Shown here piece by piece: positions 48,801 through 62,354 of a stretch of DNA of 64,000 bases. The notes beneath the pieces are model-generated. The model was not told the DNA's origin and did no database searches. It saw only the letters and a program-made list of their open reading frames with translations. Each line of letters opens with the position of its first letter. Within the stretch, counting starts at the first letter, position 1. The stretch is from Octopus sinensis. Its lineage: Eukaryota. Location: contig NC_043020.1 of the NCBI RefSeq assembly GCF_006345805.1, positions 28,582,001-28,646,000 on the forward strand, given 5' to 3'. A program made the translations under genes and the position numbers.

Positions 48801-49919
48801 GGGGGTGGGTGGGGGAGTCTTGGCAGTTGACCTCTCTGATATATGGCTGAGTATACTCTATAGATGTCATTGTTTAGGCATTGAACTCTTATCTTGTTTT
48901 AGTTCTAGTTCTTTCTGTGTTTTTTTTCCTCCTTTTTTGAGATAAGTGATGGTTTGTAATTTCACATCAATCCTTTTTTTCTTTCTTTCGTATCATGCTT
49001 ACATGCTTATCTGAGTTCATTTAATATGTACAAGCATACACCAAGTAATCTTAACAAATAAAACTGATTTTTAGCCCAGCTTTTGAATTTGATTGAGAAC
49101 AGTTTCAGAAGCGAACTGATGTGTGGCGATGGGGATGGTGGTGGTGGTAATCTGCTTGCAATTGGAAAATTTAACATTACAGCATGTAGCGTGAATGTAT
49201 GCCAAGCATAGATTATTTGAGTGTGTTGTGGAGTCTCTCTATGAATGGCGTTAGCTGTGATTGATTTGCGAGAGAGGGAGATCTGAAATATAGGTGAGGT
49301 TGAGAAAGGATTATGAAAGAAATGTGTTATGAGAATGTAATGTCAGATGGGATGGGAATTAGGATAATTGGAGTGGCTATGAATGTGATGGGCATTGCTT
49401 GCCATCGGAGTATACAGGCTGTTGTTGCTTTGTCTCAGGCCAGCCCTGATTGAGCAGACATATTCAAAGGCATTCCAGTTGTGACCATCCCATCATTGTA
49501 GAAATATGTTAGGCAACATTCGTTCTGTGTGACCTTTCATTAGTTAAAATTGTTGGGTGGGATTTGGGGGGAATTTGGTTTCTATTTCTAGCATGTTGAG
49601 TGGCAGCATGGAGGCTTGACCAATGGCTTGAGAATTTGTGTGATACAATATGGTAAGTGGTAGCTGCATACGCATATGATGAAGATGGTTAGTAATCAGA
49701 TGTGAGATGAGCTGCAGTAGGGTGAATGGGTGTATAAAAGAAATATTGGTAGAGATCTCAGTGCCATAACATGGTCACATCTGACTGAATGGAATCAATG
49801 GAAGAATAATTACAACTGAGAAGCTATAAAATGTTTTCCTCTATGTGGTATGGTTGAATGATTAGCATGTGATATGTTGACTGTAATTTTGAGGAACTTA
49901 GTTAAACATAAATTGCTAT

Positions 49920-50277
49920 ATAACCAGCCCGTTTAAGAGTACCTTTCAATCATTGGACAATAAACTATGCTTGCGAAGACCTGTTGAGGCAAGTGAAATT
50001 GCTGTCATGGCCAATGGTAGTACCACCTGATTGGCACCTGTGCCAGTGGAACGTTAAAAGCACCATTTGAGTGTGGCCAATGCCATTACTGCCTGAGTGG
50101 CACGTAAAAGCACCCACTACACTATCGGAGTGGTTGACGTTAGAAAGGGCATCCAGCTGTAGAAACTTTGCCAGATCAGATTGGAGTCTGGTGCAGCCTT
50201 CTGGCATACCAGCCCTCAGTCAAACTGTCCAACCCATGCCAGCATGGAAAGCAGATGTTAAACAATGTTGATGATTT
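49920..50277 (+). mobile_element. Family C retroposon (about 2 tandem units)
   Basis: 5' part shared with 37725; conserved tail. Confidence 0.85.
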
Positions 50278-53062
50278 AAGGAATATAGGGCTGGTTTCTC
50301 TGGCATATATATTCTTCCCAGGTCAAGATGCCAGTCGCAGAATTACTAATTTTTACCAGCTGAGTGAACTGGAGTGACGTGAGATTAAGTGTTTTACTAC
50401 AATCCAGGAATCAAAACCACCATCTTACAAGCATGAGTCCAACACCCTAACCACTAAGCTCCACATGGATTATCATCCATTCTTCTTCCAGTATAGGGAA
50501 TTGGTTACTTTGTGTGTGTGTCTTTGTTGCTATTTGTCCCACCACCACTTGACAAACCAGTGTGGGCTTGAGAAAGGAGACCAATAGAATAAGTAATCAG
50601 ACTTCAAAAGTATACACTGGGGCTGATCTGTTCAACTAGAAGCTTTCAAGGCTGCCGTCCAATGACTAAAACAAGCAGAAGAGATAAAAGATAGGGGGTT
50701 AAAGAAGTTAGAGGCTTAATTTTTACCAACAGATCTCCTTTCCTGATGACATACTAATTTGCGCTTCCTCATAATTTGATTCGCCTCTATTATGCCTGCC
50801 ACCCGTCTTCTCAAATTGGTTAGTACCGTTATGAATGTTTCTTTTCCTTTCCTTTTTTTCTCTCTTTTCTCTGATATTTTATCTCCACAGGAAAATTCGG
50901 CAACCGCAAATGAGCCAAGAAAAGCATTTATATAGTGCGTAATTTGGGAGGAGGGAATGACAGACACTGTGTTTGGTGTAATGTCAACTAGCAGGCAGTA
51001 GTTATATTTGTGTGTGTGTGTGCTTGGATTCCATACGTTGTGCCAATTATTCTTTTGTCTCTGAAAATTGGTGTTTGTAATATCTTGTATTATTTTGGTT
51101 TTAGAGTTAGGGGTTTTTTTTTTGTTGTTATAATTTATTAGCCATATTTATCTTTTTGTCTTTTACTTGCTGCAGTCATTGGACTGCAGCCGTTCTGGAG
51201 TGTCACCTTGAAGAGTTTAGTCAAACAAATCAACCCCAGTAATTGTTTATTTTCTTTCTCAGTCTGGTACTTGGCCGATTGGTCTCTGTTGCCAAGCTGC
51301 TAAGTCATGGGGCTATAAACAAACCAACACCAGTTGTCAAGTGAGATATGGGGGACAGACAGACATGTACGCACGCATAGGTTTCCTTCTACCAACTCCA
51401 CTCACAAGACATTGGTCTACTAAGGCTGTTGTATGAGACACTTCCCCAAAGTGCTATGTAGTAGAAGTGAACTTGCAAACCAAACTTCTTAACCACACAG
51501 CCATGCCTACCTTTTTTTGGTTCATAGTTAATGATGCATAAAGGGAGATAATCCTACTTCCTAATGAGAGAATTGTAAGATAAAAAAGGTTAATGGTTTC
51601 TGTACTCTTTGAGTTATAAAGTAAAGCAAACAAGATAATCAAATCTCGTTGATTATTTATGTCCTTTGATATTTGTGTTCTGCTATAATTAAATTCAATC
51701 TTGGCAAGTTCTTCCAATTACATTTGTGTCAGTTTGGTAAATTTGAGGTAAACATATTAATATGAACATGAGATCCTTGGAAATTGTATGTTTTATAAGT
51801 TTTCTCTTATTTTATCACATAAATTTATAAATCTTAATAAACTCCTGCTGAGTAGATGTGCTAAGCAGTGACCGAGAAGAAAATAAGCTTGAAACCGGTT
51901 CTAATGTCTGAGAGATGTTGGAACTCATAAAAAGTTTTATCACTACAGTTTGTTTATGAAGAAATATTCTTACTGGAGACAAAAATCCATGGCAAGTTCA
52001 GAGCTTTTCTTCCCCACCTGTCAGGCTGGTGGCTACCTGTATTTCAAAGTAGTTAGCTGCTCATCAGTGCCGGATACCATATTGAGGCAATTCTGAACTG
52101 ATAAAGAAATTGCATTTCTCTAACATTGTTTTGTTATGCTGAAGATTTATTTTTTCTTTCTTGATAATGAACCAGATAACAGATTGAGGTTATTGATAGA
52201 AATTAGGATTTAGAACAACTTTCAGTGTCAGTAGCAGCAGTATGATAAATTCTGGTTTTCTCCTGATGTAGAATGGTTCACCAGTTCATCGACTGGTCTG
52301 ACTCACAGCTGAGATAGTTTCTTTCAACCTGCTCTCTCTCTCTCTCTCTCACTCACTCACTCACTCACTCACACACACAGCCATGTGTTCTTCAGCAAGA
52401 CACTTGTTCCTGTCCTTCTATCATACTTTCACCTCTTTCAGTACTACAACTCATTTGAGAGATCTTCTCTTAAAAGCACTTGGTGACCTCACCAATCCTG
52501 GTGCCACATAAAAAAAGTACTCAGCATCCTCTGTAAATTGATATTAGAAAGGGCATCTGGCTGTTGAAACCATGCCAAAGCAGGCATTGGAGCTCAGTGT
52601 TGTCCTCTGGTTTGTTGGTTTCTCTTGAATCATATCATCGTAGAAAAAGGAACTTTAAATGATGATGTTGCCAGTATCTTTATTGTTGAAAATGCCCCCC
52701 CCCCTCTTTTTTTTTTTACCTGCAAATACTGCCGAAGCCCCTCTTATATGCAAGACTATGGCAGGGCTCTTGTGCAGTTGCCTTATTTCAAAACATACAG
52801 TCAAAACAAATCAGCCCCAGCACTTATTTGGTGAAACATGTAAAGTATAATGTGGTGAATATGCTCTTTACTTGGTTCCAATATGGGTTCTTCATCATGT
52901 AGAAAATTAATAGACTCTAATATATGGTTGCTCTACAGGAATTCTTCTTGGAAAGGTTATGCATCGGTGACTGCCACCAACGTTTATAGGTTTTACAAAA
53001 GACAACTTCAAACTGGTTCAAATTCACAATTGGACAGAGCTTTCTGTACAATGTGACACTTA

Positions 53063-53104
<42 letters not shown>

Positions 53105-53195
53105 CGAATGATTAAAAAAGCAGATAAGGAAAAGTGGGCGTAAAAGGTATGTTTACATGGAAAGTTACATATATAAATAAATGAATGATGTAATC

Positions 53196-53340
53196 AAGTC
53201 TTATCTTTACAGCTGTTTCGGATAAACAATGATCACAGTGCTATAGCCATGTAATAGGGCTCAATAACAGAGTAGGTGTACAAATTAATACAGTTTTAGA
53301 GATTCATGAGTGAAATCAGGTTATCCTCATCAGAAGACTT
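53196..53340 (-). ncRNA. Type I hammerhead ribozyme motif of the Penelope-like minimal class, with extended stem II
   Basis: On -: AAGTCTT-CTGATGAG-GATAA-[95 nt]-TTATC-CGAAAC-AGCT-GTA-AAGATAAGACTT. All core nucleotides present; 2-bp stem III capped by a palindromic loop. Confidence 0.75.
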
Positions 53341-53440
53341 CACTGAGCAGCATAACTTGATTTAGCATTCTTCTACACACACACACACACACACAGAGGA
53401 GGTGTGTGTTGTTTTCCCTTAAATGTGATTCTTTTTTTTA

Positions 53441-53806
53441 ACTTGTTTCAGTCATTTGACTGTGCCCATGCTGGAGTACCACCTTTAGTCGGACAAATCG
53501 GCCCTAGTACTTATTTTGTTACTTACTTTAGCTGAATCGCTAAGTGACGGGGACGTAAGCACACCATCGATTGTCAAACAACGGTGGGGGACAATCACAG
53601 GCACAAATAACAAATACATACATATATATACATATATATACACACAATGAGCTTCTTTCAGTTTCCATCTACCAAATCCACTCACAAGGCTTTGGTCGGC
53701 CCAAGGCTATAGTAGAAGATACTTGCCTAAGGTGCCACGCAGTGGAACTGAACTCAGAACCATGTGGTTGGGAAGCAAGCTTCTTACCACACAGCCACTC
53801 CTGTGC
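53441..53806 (-). mobile_element. Near full-length SINE family B
   Basis: Collinear with 3958-4341. Confidence 0.88.
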
Positions 53807-54329
53807 TTGTTTAATATTGAAGTTCCTGGGAAAAGAATGATGTAAAGCTTCATAAATGACTCTAAGCCCTCGAATCTCTTATGTAGCTTTACAGCCAATA
53901 AAGAAATGTGTGTGTGTGTGTGTGTGCATTTATGTGCATTTATGCCTTATATTAAAGGGAATGGGATTATGGACTTGCGCCTAAAAATGTGGAATCCACA
54001 TTCTTACCAATTGTACACAACATGATGTGTATACTCAACTGTAAAGTTGATCACACAAATATTTAGACATGGGTCTGTAATAATATTCATTCTCTCTGTA
54101 GCACAAGCTGTTAATTTTTCCAAGTTTCATAGATTTTGTTGAATATTTTAATTTTAATTATTAGAGATTCTTGTTCATTTTTAGTTTGATGTTTGAAACT
54201 TTTTTATTGATTCTTGAAAATATTAACAAAACATGGAAAAACAAAACAAAAACAGAACTGATATAGGTGCTAATTAATAATCATCATTATTATCATAGAA
54301 ATGAAATGGAAGCAAATTGGAAATGGCAA

Positions 54330-54880
54330 ATCACCTCTAGGTCGTCCCATAGGATGCCCCTTTCTAGGGGCTTCAGTTACGCATACTATAGGAGTCACAG
54401 GGCGCTGCTCCATGTGGTCCTGCAGTTTCCATCTAACTAGGAATATTAGGGTCTTATCCATTGTCTTATATTCAAGATCCTCTGCATGACATCCTGTGAG
54501 TTCAAAGCCAGGAATCTGATCTGTTAGGTCCCCTGCCGATAACTAAATCCACACCCTGCTGCTGACGCTTCGATTTATTGTTGTTACGGTTTTGTCTGTC
54601 TCCTACCCTTCAACCTGGCCTGGTAAGACCTGCCTGAAGATTTCTCTCCCTCCAGCATAGCTCTCTGGGTCAAGCACACAGGCACTTCACTGTGACAAGG
54701 TCCTTGTTGAATTGGCCGTTGACTACACAGTAGTTCTTCCGCCCTTTTAACAGGTCTTATTTTCCATTCCGCAGTGTGTCCAACAATCACCCTCCTCACC
54801 AAGCAAGCTTGATAGAGTTGCTAGTTTAGTTGCTGACGACCCGACCATGTAACAGGTTGTACTGGATTACATGTTACTAG
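54330..54880 (-). mobile_element. RTE 5'UTR-like fragment
   Basis: On -: accttgtcacagtgaagtgcctgtgtgcttgacccagagagctatgctgg...caggcaggtcttaccaggccagg, homologous to ~510-860. Confidence 0.5.
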
Positions 54881-55175
54881 TAGCACTCAAGTGTGACCTG
54901 ACTGAAATGACAAATAAACAGCTTTGTATTTCTAAATTATATGCATTGAGTTATTAGAAAGAAAAAGAGGGGAAAAAAAATCAACCAAAATGTAAACACT
55001 GTTAAAATGAAAAATATGCAAATTGAGTCCTGTGTTAACCAAGAGACAACCAATATATATATATCTTATATTTGTGTATAATAAATAAACCATGTAAAAC
55101 AGTATTGTTATGCTCACTTAACACCGTCCACATAGTTGAAATATTTTCTGTTTGATGTTTTCAGATACGTGAGAC

Positions 55176-55232
55176 ATGTTTTGGAAGTTCAATCTTGCCT
55201 CTACTCACATTGACTCTTTACTTGAAAAAGAG
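55176..55232 (+). CDS. PPP6R3: PP6 regulatory subunit (SAPS/SIT4-associated family), coding exon 1: MFWKFNLASTHIDSLLEKE
   Basis: Matches the family N-terminus (MFWKFDL...HIDTLLE.E). Acceptor ttttcag ends at 55164, ATG at 55176, donor GAG|GTAGGT at 55233 (phase 0). The paralog number is nominal; an invertebrate gene is likely co-orthologous to PPP6R1/2/3. Confidence 0.95.
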
Positions 55233-55364
55233 GTAGGTCCCTGTTTACATTCATTACGTTCACATTTGATCTGGGCCCAGATTATTCTTTGTCTCTAACT
55301 TCCGATCGGAAGTATTTTCTCATTCTTTGGTGTTTCCGTTCTTCAATAAAATGCAGGTATGACT

Positions 55365-55735
55365 GGGTTGTGAAGAAGTTCGCTTTGCAACCTTGTGGTT
55401 TTCCGATCCAGTCCCACTGAATAACACCTTGGGCAAATGTCTTTTACTATAGCCCCTGGCTGACCAACACCTTGTGAGTGAATTTGCTACATGGAAACTG
55501 TGAGGAAGCCTGTCAGTATATGTGTGTGTGTGTGTTTATAGCCTCATCATCACCTGGCAACAAGTGTTGGTTTATTTACACCCCTGTAACTTGGCAGTTT
55601 GGAAAAAGACCAGGCTTATAAAAAAAAAAAAAACTTTCTTTTTAAATATGTACTTGGGGCTGTTTATTCAACTAAACCCTTTAAGCCAGTGCTCTAGCAT
55701 GGCTACAGTCCAATGACTAACAAATAAAAAGAAAG
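55365..55735 (+). mobile_element. Diverged SINE family B in the PPP6R intron after coding exon 1
   Basis: Head, CORE-like segment and tail recognisable. Confidence 0.8.
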
Positions 55736-55809
55736 AGAAAACGGTAACAAGGTAATGATTTTAACAGATGCAAATATTTACCATAATGCACTCAGAAAAT
55801 ATATCAAAA

Positions 55810-55940
55810 TATAAATTTAAATTAAGATATAAATATAAATATAAATTTTAATTAAGATATAAATATAAATATAAATTTTAATTAAGATATAAATTTCAAT
55901 ATAAATTTTAATTAAGATATAAATTTAAATATAAATTTAA
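55810..55940. repeat. AT-only minisatellite, ~30-bp unit aaatataaatataaattttaattaagatat, about 4 copies
   Basis: Direct reading. Confidence 0.9.
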
Positions 55941-56212
55941 GCGTCGCCTTACTGGCACTTGTGCTGGTGGCACGTGTAAAAACATTTGAGCGAGGTCGTT
56001 GCCAGTACCACCTGACTGGCCCCCATGCCGGTGGCACGTAAAAGCACCCACTACACTTTCGGAGTGGTTGGCTTTAGGAAGGGCATCCAGCTGTAGAAAC
56101 TCTCCCAGATCAAGATTGGAGCCTGGTACAGCCATCTGGTTCGCCAGCCCTCAGTCAAAATCGTCCAACCCATGCTAGCATGGAAAGTAGACGTTAAACA
56201 ATAATGATGATA
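55941..56212 (+). mobile_element. Family C retroposon 3' end
   Basis: Nearly identical to ~1795-2060. Confidence 0.88.
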
Positions 56213-57230
56213 AAGATCTAAATCTTGTTCAGTTTGCAGTTATGCTCTACCAGACGTGTTTCAAAGCCATTTTGTTTTACACCTAAATGAAATTAAATGC
56301 TTTCTAGGCCTCTGTCTGTGACCAGTAAAGTCTCACAGGCAAAGCATTCAGTTGTGAAATCAGTTTTCTCAAGTGTTTGTGCAACAGACCAAGCTTCACA
56401 CTATTGTGTCAGGGCAGACTTAGTACTACACCTATGGTTATATCATCATCAGCACTGTCTTACTGTCTGATTTTCCTTGCTTGCTTGCGTCTGATGGCCT
56501 TAATTAAGGCAGATTTTCTACGTCCAGCCACCCTCCCTGTCTAATATTTCCCCATGGCTAGACATGTTCTCACAGAATGTTGGAATTGAATGACACTGCT
56601 TGTATGACAGTGACACTTGTTTACAACTATCCCAGTGTCAAAACAAAGAGACACAAACATACACTCACACAGTTACTCATACACATGTATATATATATAT
56701 ATATATGACAGGCTTCTTTCAGTTTTCGCCTATCTGATCCAATCACAAGACTTGGGTCAACAAGGGGCTCAGTATGCTGCACAGTGGGACTGAACCAGAA
56801 AGCATCGGGTTGGAAAGCAAGCTTCTTAGCCATAAAACCATACCTGCATCTCAAAAACGAAACTGCCAGGAATCTATGGAAATGTTGATCAAACCAGTAT
56901 AGTAAAATGGTGTTGGACGCAGATGCCGGAATGGCTTTGTGGCCGAGAAGTTTGCTTTCAACCACATGGTTTCAGGTTCAGTCCCATTGTGTGGCACTTT
57001 GGACAAATGTCTTCTACTATAGTAGATTTTAAGTGACCTATAAACTTGTGTAGGTTTAAAATGTTTACCTTCTGTATAATGGAAATTACTGTTTTATACA
57101 CACACACACACATATATATGGTGCAGCCTTCTGGCTCACCAGCCCTCAGTCAAACCGTCCAACCCATGCCAGTATGGAAAGCGGATGTTAAACGACAATG
57201 ATGATGATGACATACACATATATACATACA

Positions 57231-57395
57231 CTGTATTTTAACATTTTATAAAGAAGCCCCTAATTTTGGGGGCTTAAAATTTTGAAAAAAAAAGCTTTTG
57301 TAAGGAATTATAATACTATCCATGTATAAGAAACTCCCATATTTTTTAACCTAATTTTTGACAAAAAAGGGTTCCCTATACACGTTAAAATACAG
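57231..57395. mobile_element. Small Tc1/pogo-like MITE
   Basis: 12-bp TIR CTGTATTTTAAC / GTTAAAATACAG, TA on the right. Confidence 0.7.
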
Positions 57396-57477
57396 TATAT
57401 AAAAACAAAAGATGTTCATATTAAGTTGGATATAAAGGTTATCTTTTGGTATTAACACTGCTTCCATCACTAAGAGT

Positions 57478-57780
57478 TTATATATATATAAAACTGAGAA
57501 TGTGTGTCTGTATGTGTGCATCACTAAAACTCAAGAACTAGCCAACCAATTTCATTCAAATTTTACACAAGCCTTACTTAGGGTCCATGCAGTGTCAATT
57601 TCTTGCCTAATGCGAGCCTGGAGCAATCTCTTATCTCTTACACTATTTCAGTATTACATGTCAAAAGTGAAACAATAGCATCTCTATTGTAATGTGAGAT
57701 AATACTTTCAGTTTTAATAATTTAACTATTAATACTGAAACTACTAAAAGTGAAATTATTATCTCACATATATACATGCA
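57478..57780 (+). mobile_element. Possible Helitron-like 5' segment
   Basis: tatatatataaaactgagaatgtgtgtctgtatg start resembles Helitron 5' ends; no 3' CTAG hairpin found. Confidence 0.35.
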
Positions 57781-60059
57781 TATATATATATATCATCATC
57801 GTTTAATGTCCGTTTTCCGTGCTAGCAGGGGTTGGACAGTTCGACTGGGGTCTGGGAAGCCAGGAGGCTGCACAGTCATATGACCGAAACAAGTAAAAGA
57901 GTAAAAAGAGTATCTATATCTTCAGTGTGGTTTATTGTAAACTATTTAATTTTTCTGATTGACTTGGTGCTAAGCAACCACAACAACATCAATGTAAACC
58001 ATTTAAGAGAGAACAGAATCAAATGAATGAACCGACAAAATTGTCAACAAACAGCCTGAACTGGAAACTCTGCCTCTAAATATCTCATTTCTTAAAATAT
58101 GATACTATCATATTTCATAATTTGTTGTGTGTTTTTGTTTGAGGTCATGCTGGTAGTGGGAACATGAACCAATAAATGGAGAGAGGGAGAGAGAGAGAGA
58201 GAGAGAGAGTGAGTGAGTGAGTGATAGTTGGAGACATTAAATTTAACTGAGAAAACAGGAGAATTTTCAGTTTCAAAGGAAGCAATTCTTTTACTTTTCT
58301 GATCCAAAAACACTTTCAAATCACAAAGTGAAAGTGGATTATTTCATATTTAAGCATCAGTGAAATTAAAATGAACATTTAACTGATTTCTCTGTATATT
58401 AACAAAAAGCCAAATGATTTATTATAAAAGCTCCTCGTAACTTATGAAATAAAAATGATTGTGATTTACTTCTATCTGTAATGGTCAAATTATTTTTACT
58501 AATATTAAAATATGAAAGCAATAATAAGATGATTTATGCTTTGTCTATTTTGTACCAAGAGTTACAAAGATCTGGATGTGGGCTTAACTTTCACTATGTG
58601 ATCTTAAAATGAAAGATCACCAATAAATGTATTTATGGTAAATTTTGTGGGAAATGAATTTTCACCCAATTTCATAGTTTATATTTAAAGACGGAAAAGA
58701 ATAGAGAACAAAATACACTCTTATTTCCGACAGATGCACAATTTTCTACCATTAATAAAACAGTCATCATTTAAGATGACTCAGTTATGTTTAATTAGAA
58801 ACACTAACTGATGTTTATGTTCTAACGATATTAACACTAATGTCACATGAACAGAAGTCCAGTTTGAACCTTTAGCACTTTGCATTTTCTCTAGAATTGT
58901 TGCCCTTGCCACTGCTCTGCAACAAGACAGAAAACTCTTTTGGTGATTTGATGCACCTACCGTGTGCTAAAAGTTGATAATATAGCTCTGGGCTGCTCTT
59001 AATGTACTTACCAATGTGTAGTTAATTTTTCTTCAAACAACAAACTAGTGTTTGCAAACTGCAGTGGCTGCATATTTGTATGAACCCATGAGCAAAACCT
59101 TCCTTCAGTAGCTAGACATGTTTGGAAATGGCAACTAATTCTCCTTCATATTGCATGCTTCTTACTTATTTAATATTCAGTCATCACATGTCTGCTAGTT
59201 AGACAAAAAAGATCACTGTTTAAACAGATTGCAATCCTGGAAAATAAAAATTTCCAGTTCAACCTGGATATATTTATTGCCTCACTAATTTTTATTCCCT
59301 TTTTCTTCAAAAGTTATGAAAATAAAAGTTTATTTTTTTTTAGAAAATGGTTAGCAAATGGGTGGCTGTTGCAAAATTCAGTCAGAAATATTTTTTTATT
59401 AATAGAAAAAAATTTTAACTAAACATGTTTTATTTTAATTAAAAATGTAATAAATTAAAGCAACAGTATAAATTTCAGAGTGGGAAAGTATTTTAGACTG
59501 TTTTATCTCCTGTTACATCCTTGATTTCATGGAACATTAATTGTGTAAGTTTCCTTTAATTAAAGGGCAAAAATGGATTGCATTAAATTCTCATGTTCGC
59601 ACAAAATTTCTTTAAAAAACTGGGAGAACAACACATATTCATCTTTACCATTTTTATGTTCTGTGTTGGCATGAGTTGGGTGGGTCATTGCTACTTTCAT
59701 AGATGGGTTTAAGGACCACATTTCATTTATTTCTTTTCTTTTTTTTTGGTTCAGTTTATACATTTAGATGCCTTTCTTAACAACAGTCACTTTATTTTAT
59801 ACACAAATGAATATGGTCTGTGCTGTAATTGACTTTGTTTTATTAGTATACATACCATTACTGTTACCAGCGTAAATAAACCTAACATTTGACTGAACTG
59901 AATGCTAAAGGGTTAAACAGGATTGCTGTTACTGCATTGACACTGTATTCTAACCCTAGGCCCTGTACTGACATGTGGTATAGCCATAGGTACCAAACTG
60001 GTACTCTGGCTATAACTCTGTGCTTTATTTAAACTGATGTTTAAACTTTAATTTTTCAG

Positions 60060-60139
60060 GATGTTACCTTACAAGAACTTCTTGACGAAGATGATATTCT
60101 TCAAGAATGTAAAGCCAGACATAAAAAGCTTATTGACTT
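60060..60139 (+). CDS. PPP6R3: PPP6R coding exon 2: DVTLQELLDEDDILQECKARHKKLID(F)
   Basis: Acceptor atttttcag|G, donor TT|GTAAGT (phase 0 to 2). Matches the conserved DVTL.EL.DE.D.LQECK motif. Confidence 0.95.
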
Positions 60140-60954
60140 GTAAGTATTCTTTTTTTTTTTTTTTTTTTGGGTGCTTGTAAAGAAGAAGAGAGAGAGAAAA
60201 CTATTGGCTGGGGATAAAGTGTGGGCAATAAAGAAATAAGTAACCTTGGGCCAACCAAAGCCTTGTGAGAGGATTCGGTAGACTGAAACTGAAAGAAGCC
60301 CATTGTGTGTGCGTGTGTGTGTGTGTGTGTCTATGTTTGTTCTCCCCTGCACCACTTGATAATTGGTGTTGGTATGTTTATGTCCCCATAACTTAGTGGT
60401 GTGGCAAAAGGGACCAAGTCCTCGGGTTAATATGTTTGGCTAAAACCCTTCAAGGCAGTGCTCCAGCATGGCCGCAGTCAAATGACTGGACCAACCAAGT
60501 AAAAGAACAAAACCTGCATCTAAACATCATTGTGTAGTGAGGCAGATTTTCTGTGGTTGGTTGTCGCTCCTTGTTTCTTAGCAAAGTCCATACTTCTCAA
60601 TGACCAAATATCTTTTCAAGGAAGGCTTCCAATGAACGACATCGTTTGTATGATGGTGATGCTCATTTACAACCATAATGTCAAGACAAGGGCACGCACC
60701 CACGCGCATGTATGTATGAAACGCAAAAAGGGGAATAGGAAATTATATATTTTTAATTCATAATATACAATCCATAATTTGCCTCCGCACCTTTCAGAAT
60801 AGCCAGTGTTACGTAAGGCAATGATGCGTTAATTCTGCCCATTGATTCATATTTACTCAACAATAGTATTACGTAAATCGAGAAAATCAATGTTAGCACG
60901 TCCTCTTCGAAGCAGCTGCACTCAAGAAATTGTGTTTTGTGTGTGTGTGTGTGT

Positions 60955-61300
60955 AGGCTTGGCTGTGTGGTAAGAAGCTTGCTTTTCAACCATATGGTTC
61001 CAGGTTCAATACCACTACAGGGCACCTTGGCAAGTGTGTTCTACTATTGCTCGGGACCAACCAAAGCCTTGTGAGTGGATTTGGTAGATGGAAACTGAAA
61101 GAAGCCCATCGTGTGTTTGTGTGTGTGTGTCTTTGTCCCCCCCCCCCCAGCACTGCTTGACAACTGGTGTTGGTGTGTTTATATCCCAATAACTTAGTTG
61201 ATTGGCAAAAAAGACTGACAGAGTTAGTACTAGGCTTAAGATATAAGTCCTCGGGTTCATTTGTTCAACTTAAAGGCCCATCAAGGTGGTGCTCCAGCAT
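60955..61300 (+). mobile_element. SINE family B in the intron after coding exon 2 (another partial copy at 60240-60510)
   Basis: Collinear with the family consensus. Confidence 0.85.
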
Positions 61301-61954
61301 GGCCACTTTCAGTTTTTATCCACCAAACCCACTCACATAGCTTTTGATTAACCCAGGCAACAGTAGAAGACACTTGCCCAAGGTGTCATACAGTATGGTT
61401 GAACCTGAGAGTGCAAAGCAAGCTTCTTAACTACGCAGCCAAACCTGAACCTCAGTAAATATAAATTCCACCTAAACCTTGCTTTTACACATTCAGGTCA
61501 ACTGGTCTGAGTTCTCAGTTGATCTCTATATTTCCTATAACAAGCTCTTATCTTACAAAGTCTCAGCAACCTTCTTGAGAATTCTATCTTCTATCAATCA
61601 GTTTCTGCTAAAAATCAATAATTTTTTAATAACACAAATGAGACGTTCCAAACAGCAGCTTAATAAGGACAAAGATGTGTTACCAAATACTTGATTACTT
61701 CAAAAATGAATCAAAACGAGGGCAGTGTGTTTCGACAGATATATGGTAACAAAAGGGTTAATCCTATCCTAGTAAGGGTGATTCAGGGTGATCCCCATCT
61801 GTATGTGCTGTGATGATGTGATCTAACAGGAAGCTTACATACTGAGAGACCGGAGGTGGATGGAGTCTGTTTGGCATGTAAATTCATAAAACAACATCAC
61901 ATATTAAGTCCTGGTTTCCTTTAAGATATTACATTGAAACTCAGAAGGTTTTAA

Positions 61955-62173
61955 CCCTTTAGTATTTAAACCGGCCATATCCGGCCAAAATATTTAATCT
62001 GTTTTATGTTCAAACTGACCAGATCCAGGCTCTCACACCTACCCTACAATGTTATTCTACATTAAGTAATTACACCATCAAGATCTTGAAGATATGAGAT
62101 AATGCATGATTAATTCAAATCAATGGGAATCAATAGGCATTATGTTTGATTGAATAATCTGAACACTAAAGGG
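61955..62173 (+). mobile_element. Best-preserved piggyBac-type MITE (219 bp)
   Basis: TTAA|CCCTTTAGT...ACTAAAGGG|TTAA. Confidence 0.9.
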
Positions 62174-62354
62174 TTAAGGGAGTTTGGAAGAGTTTACAAA
62201 ATTGCTATATTCTCTTGAATGGTATTATTTCTGTTCACTTTATTTTTGTGACATTTCTATTTGAAATACTTCATTATTTATCATCTTTTACTTTCTTTCT
62301 AAATGACCTTATATGTCCACTTACTCATGTGTTGGTTATTGCTTCTTATTTCAG

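Noticed and set aside
51840-52075. CTGCTGAG...GAAACCGGTT (+) and CTGATGAG...GAAAT..GTA (-)
   Set aside because: Stems I and II do not pair properly; at most very old remnants.
61806-61850. C/D box snoRNA (GTGATGA...CTGA)
   Set aside because: Only about 36 nt between boxes and no terminal stem.
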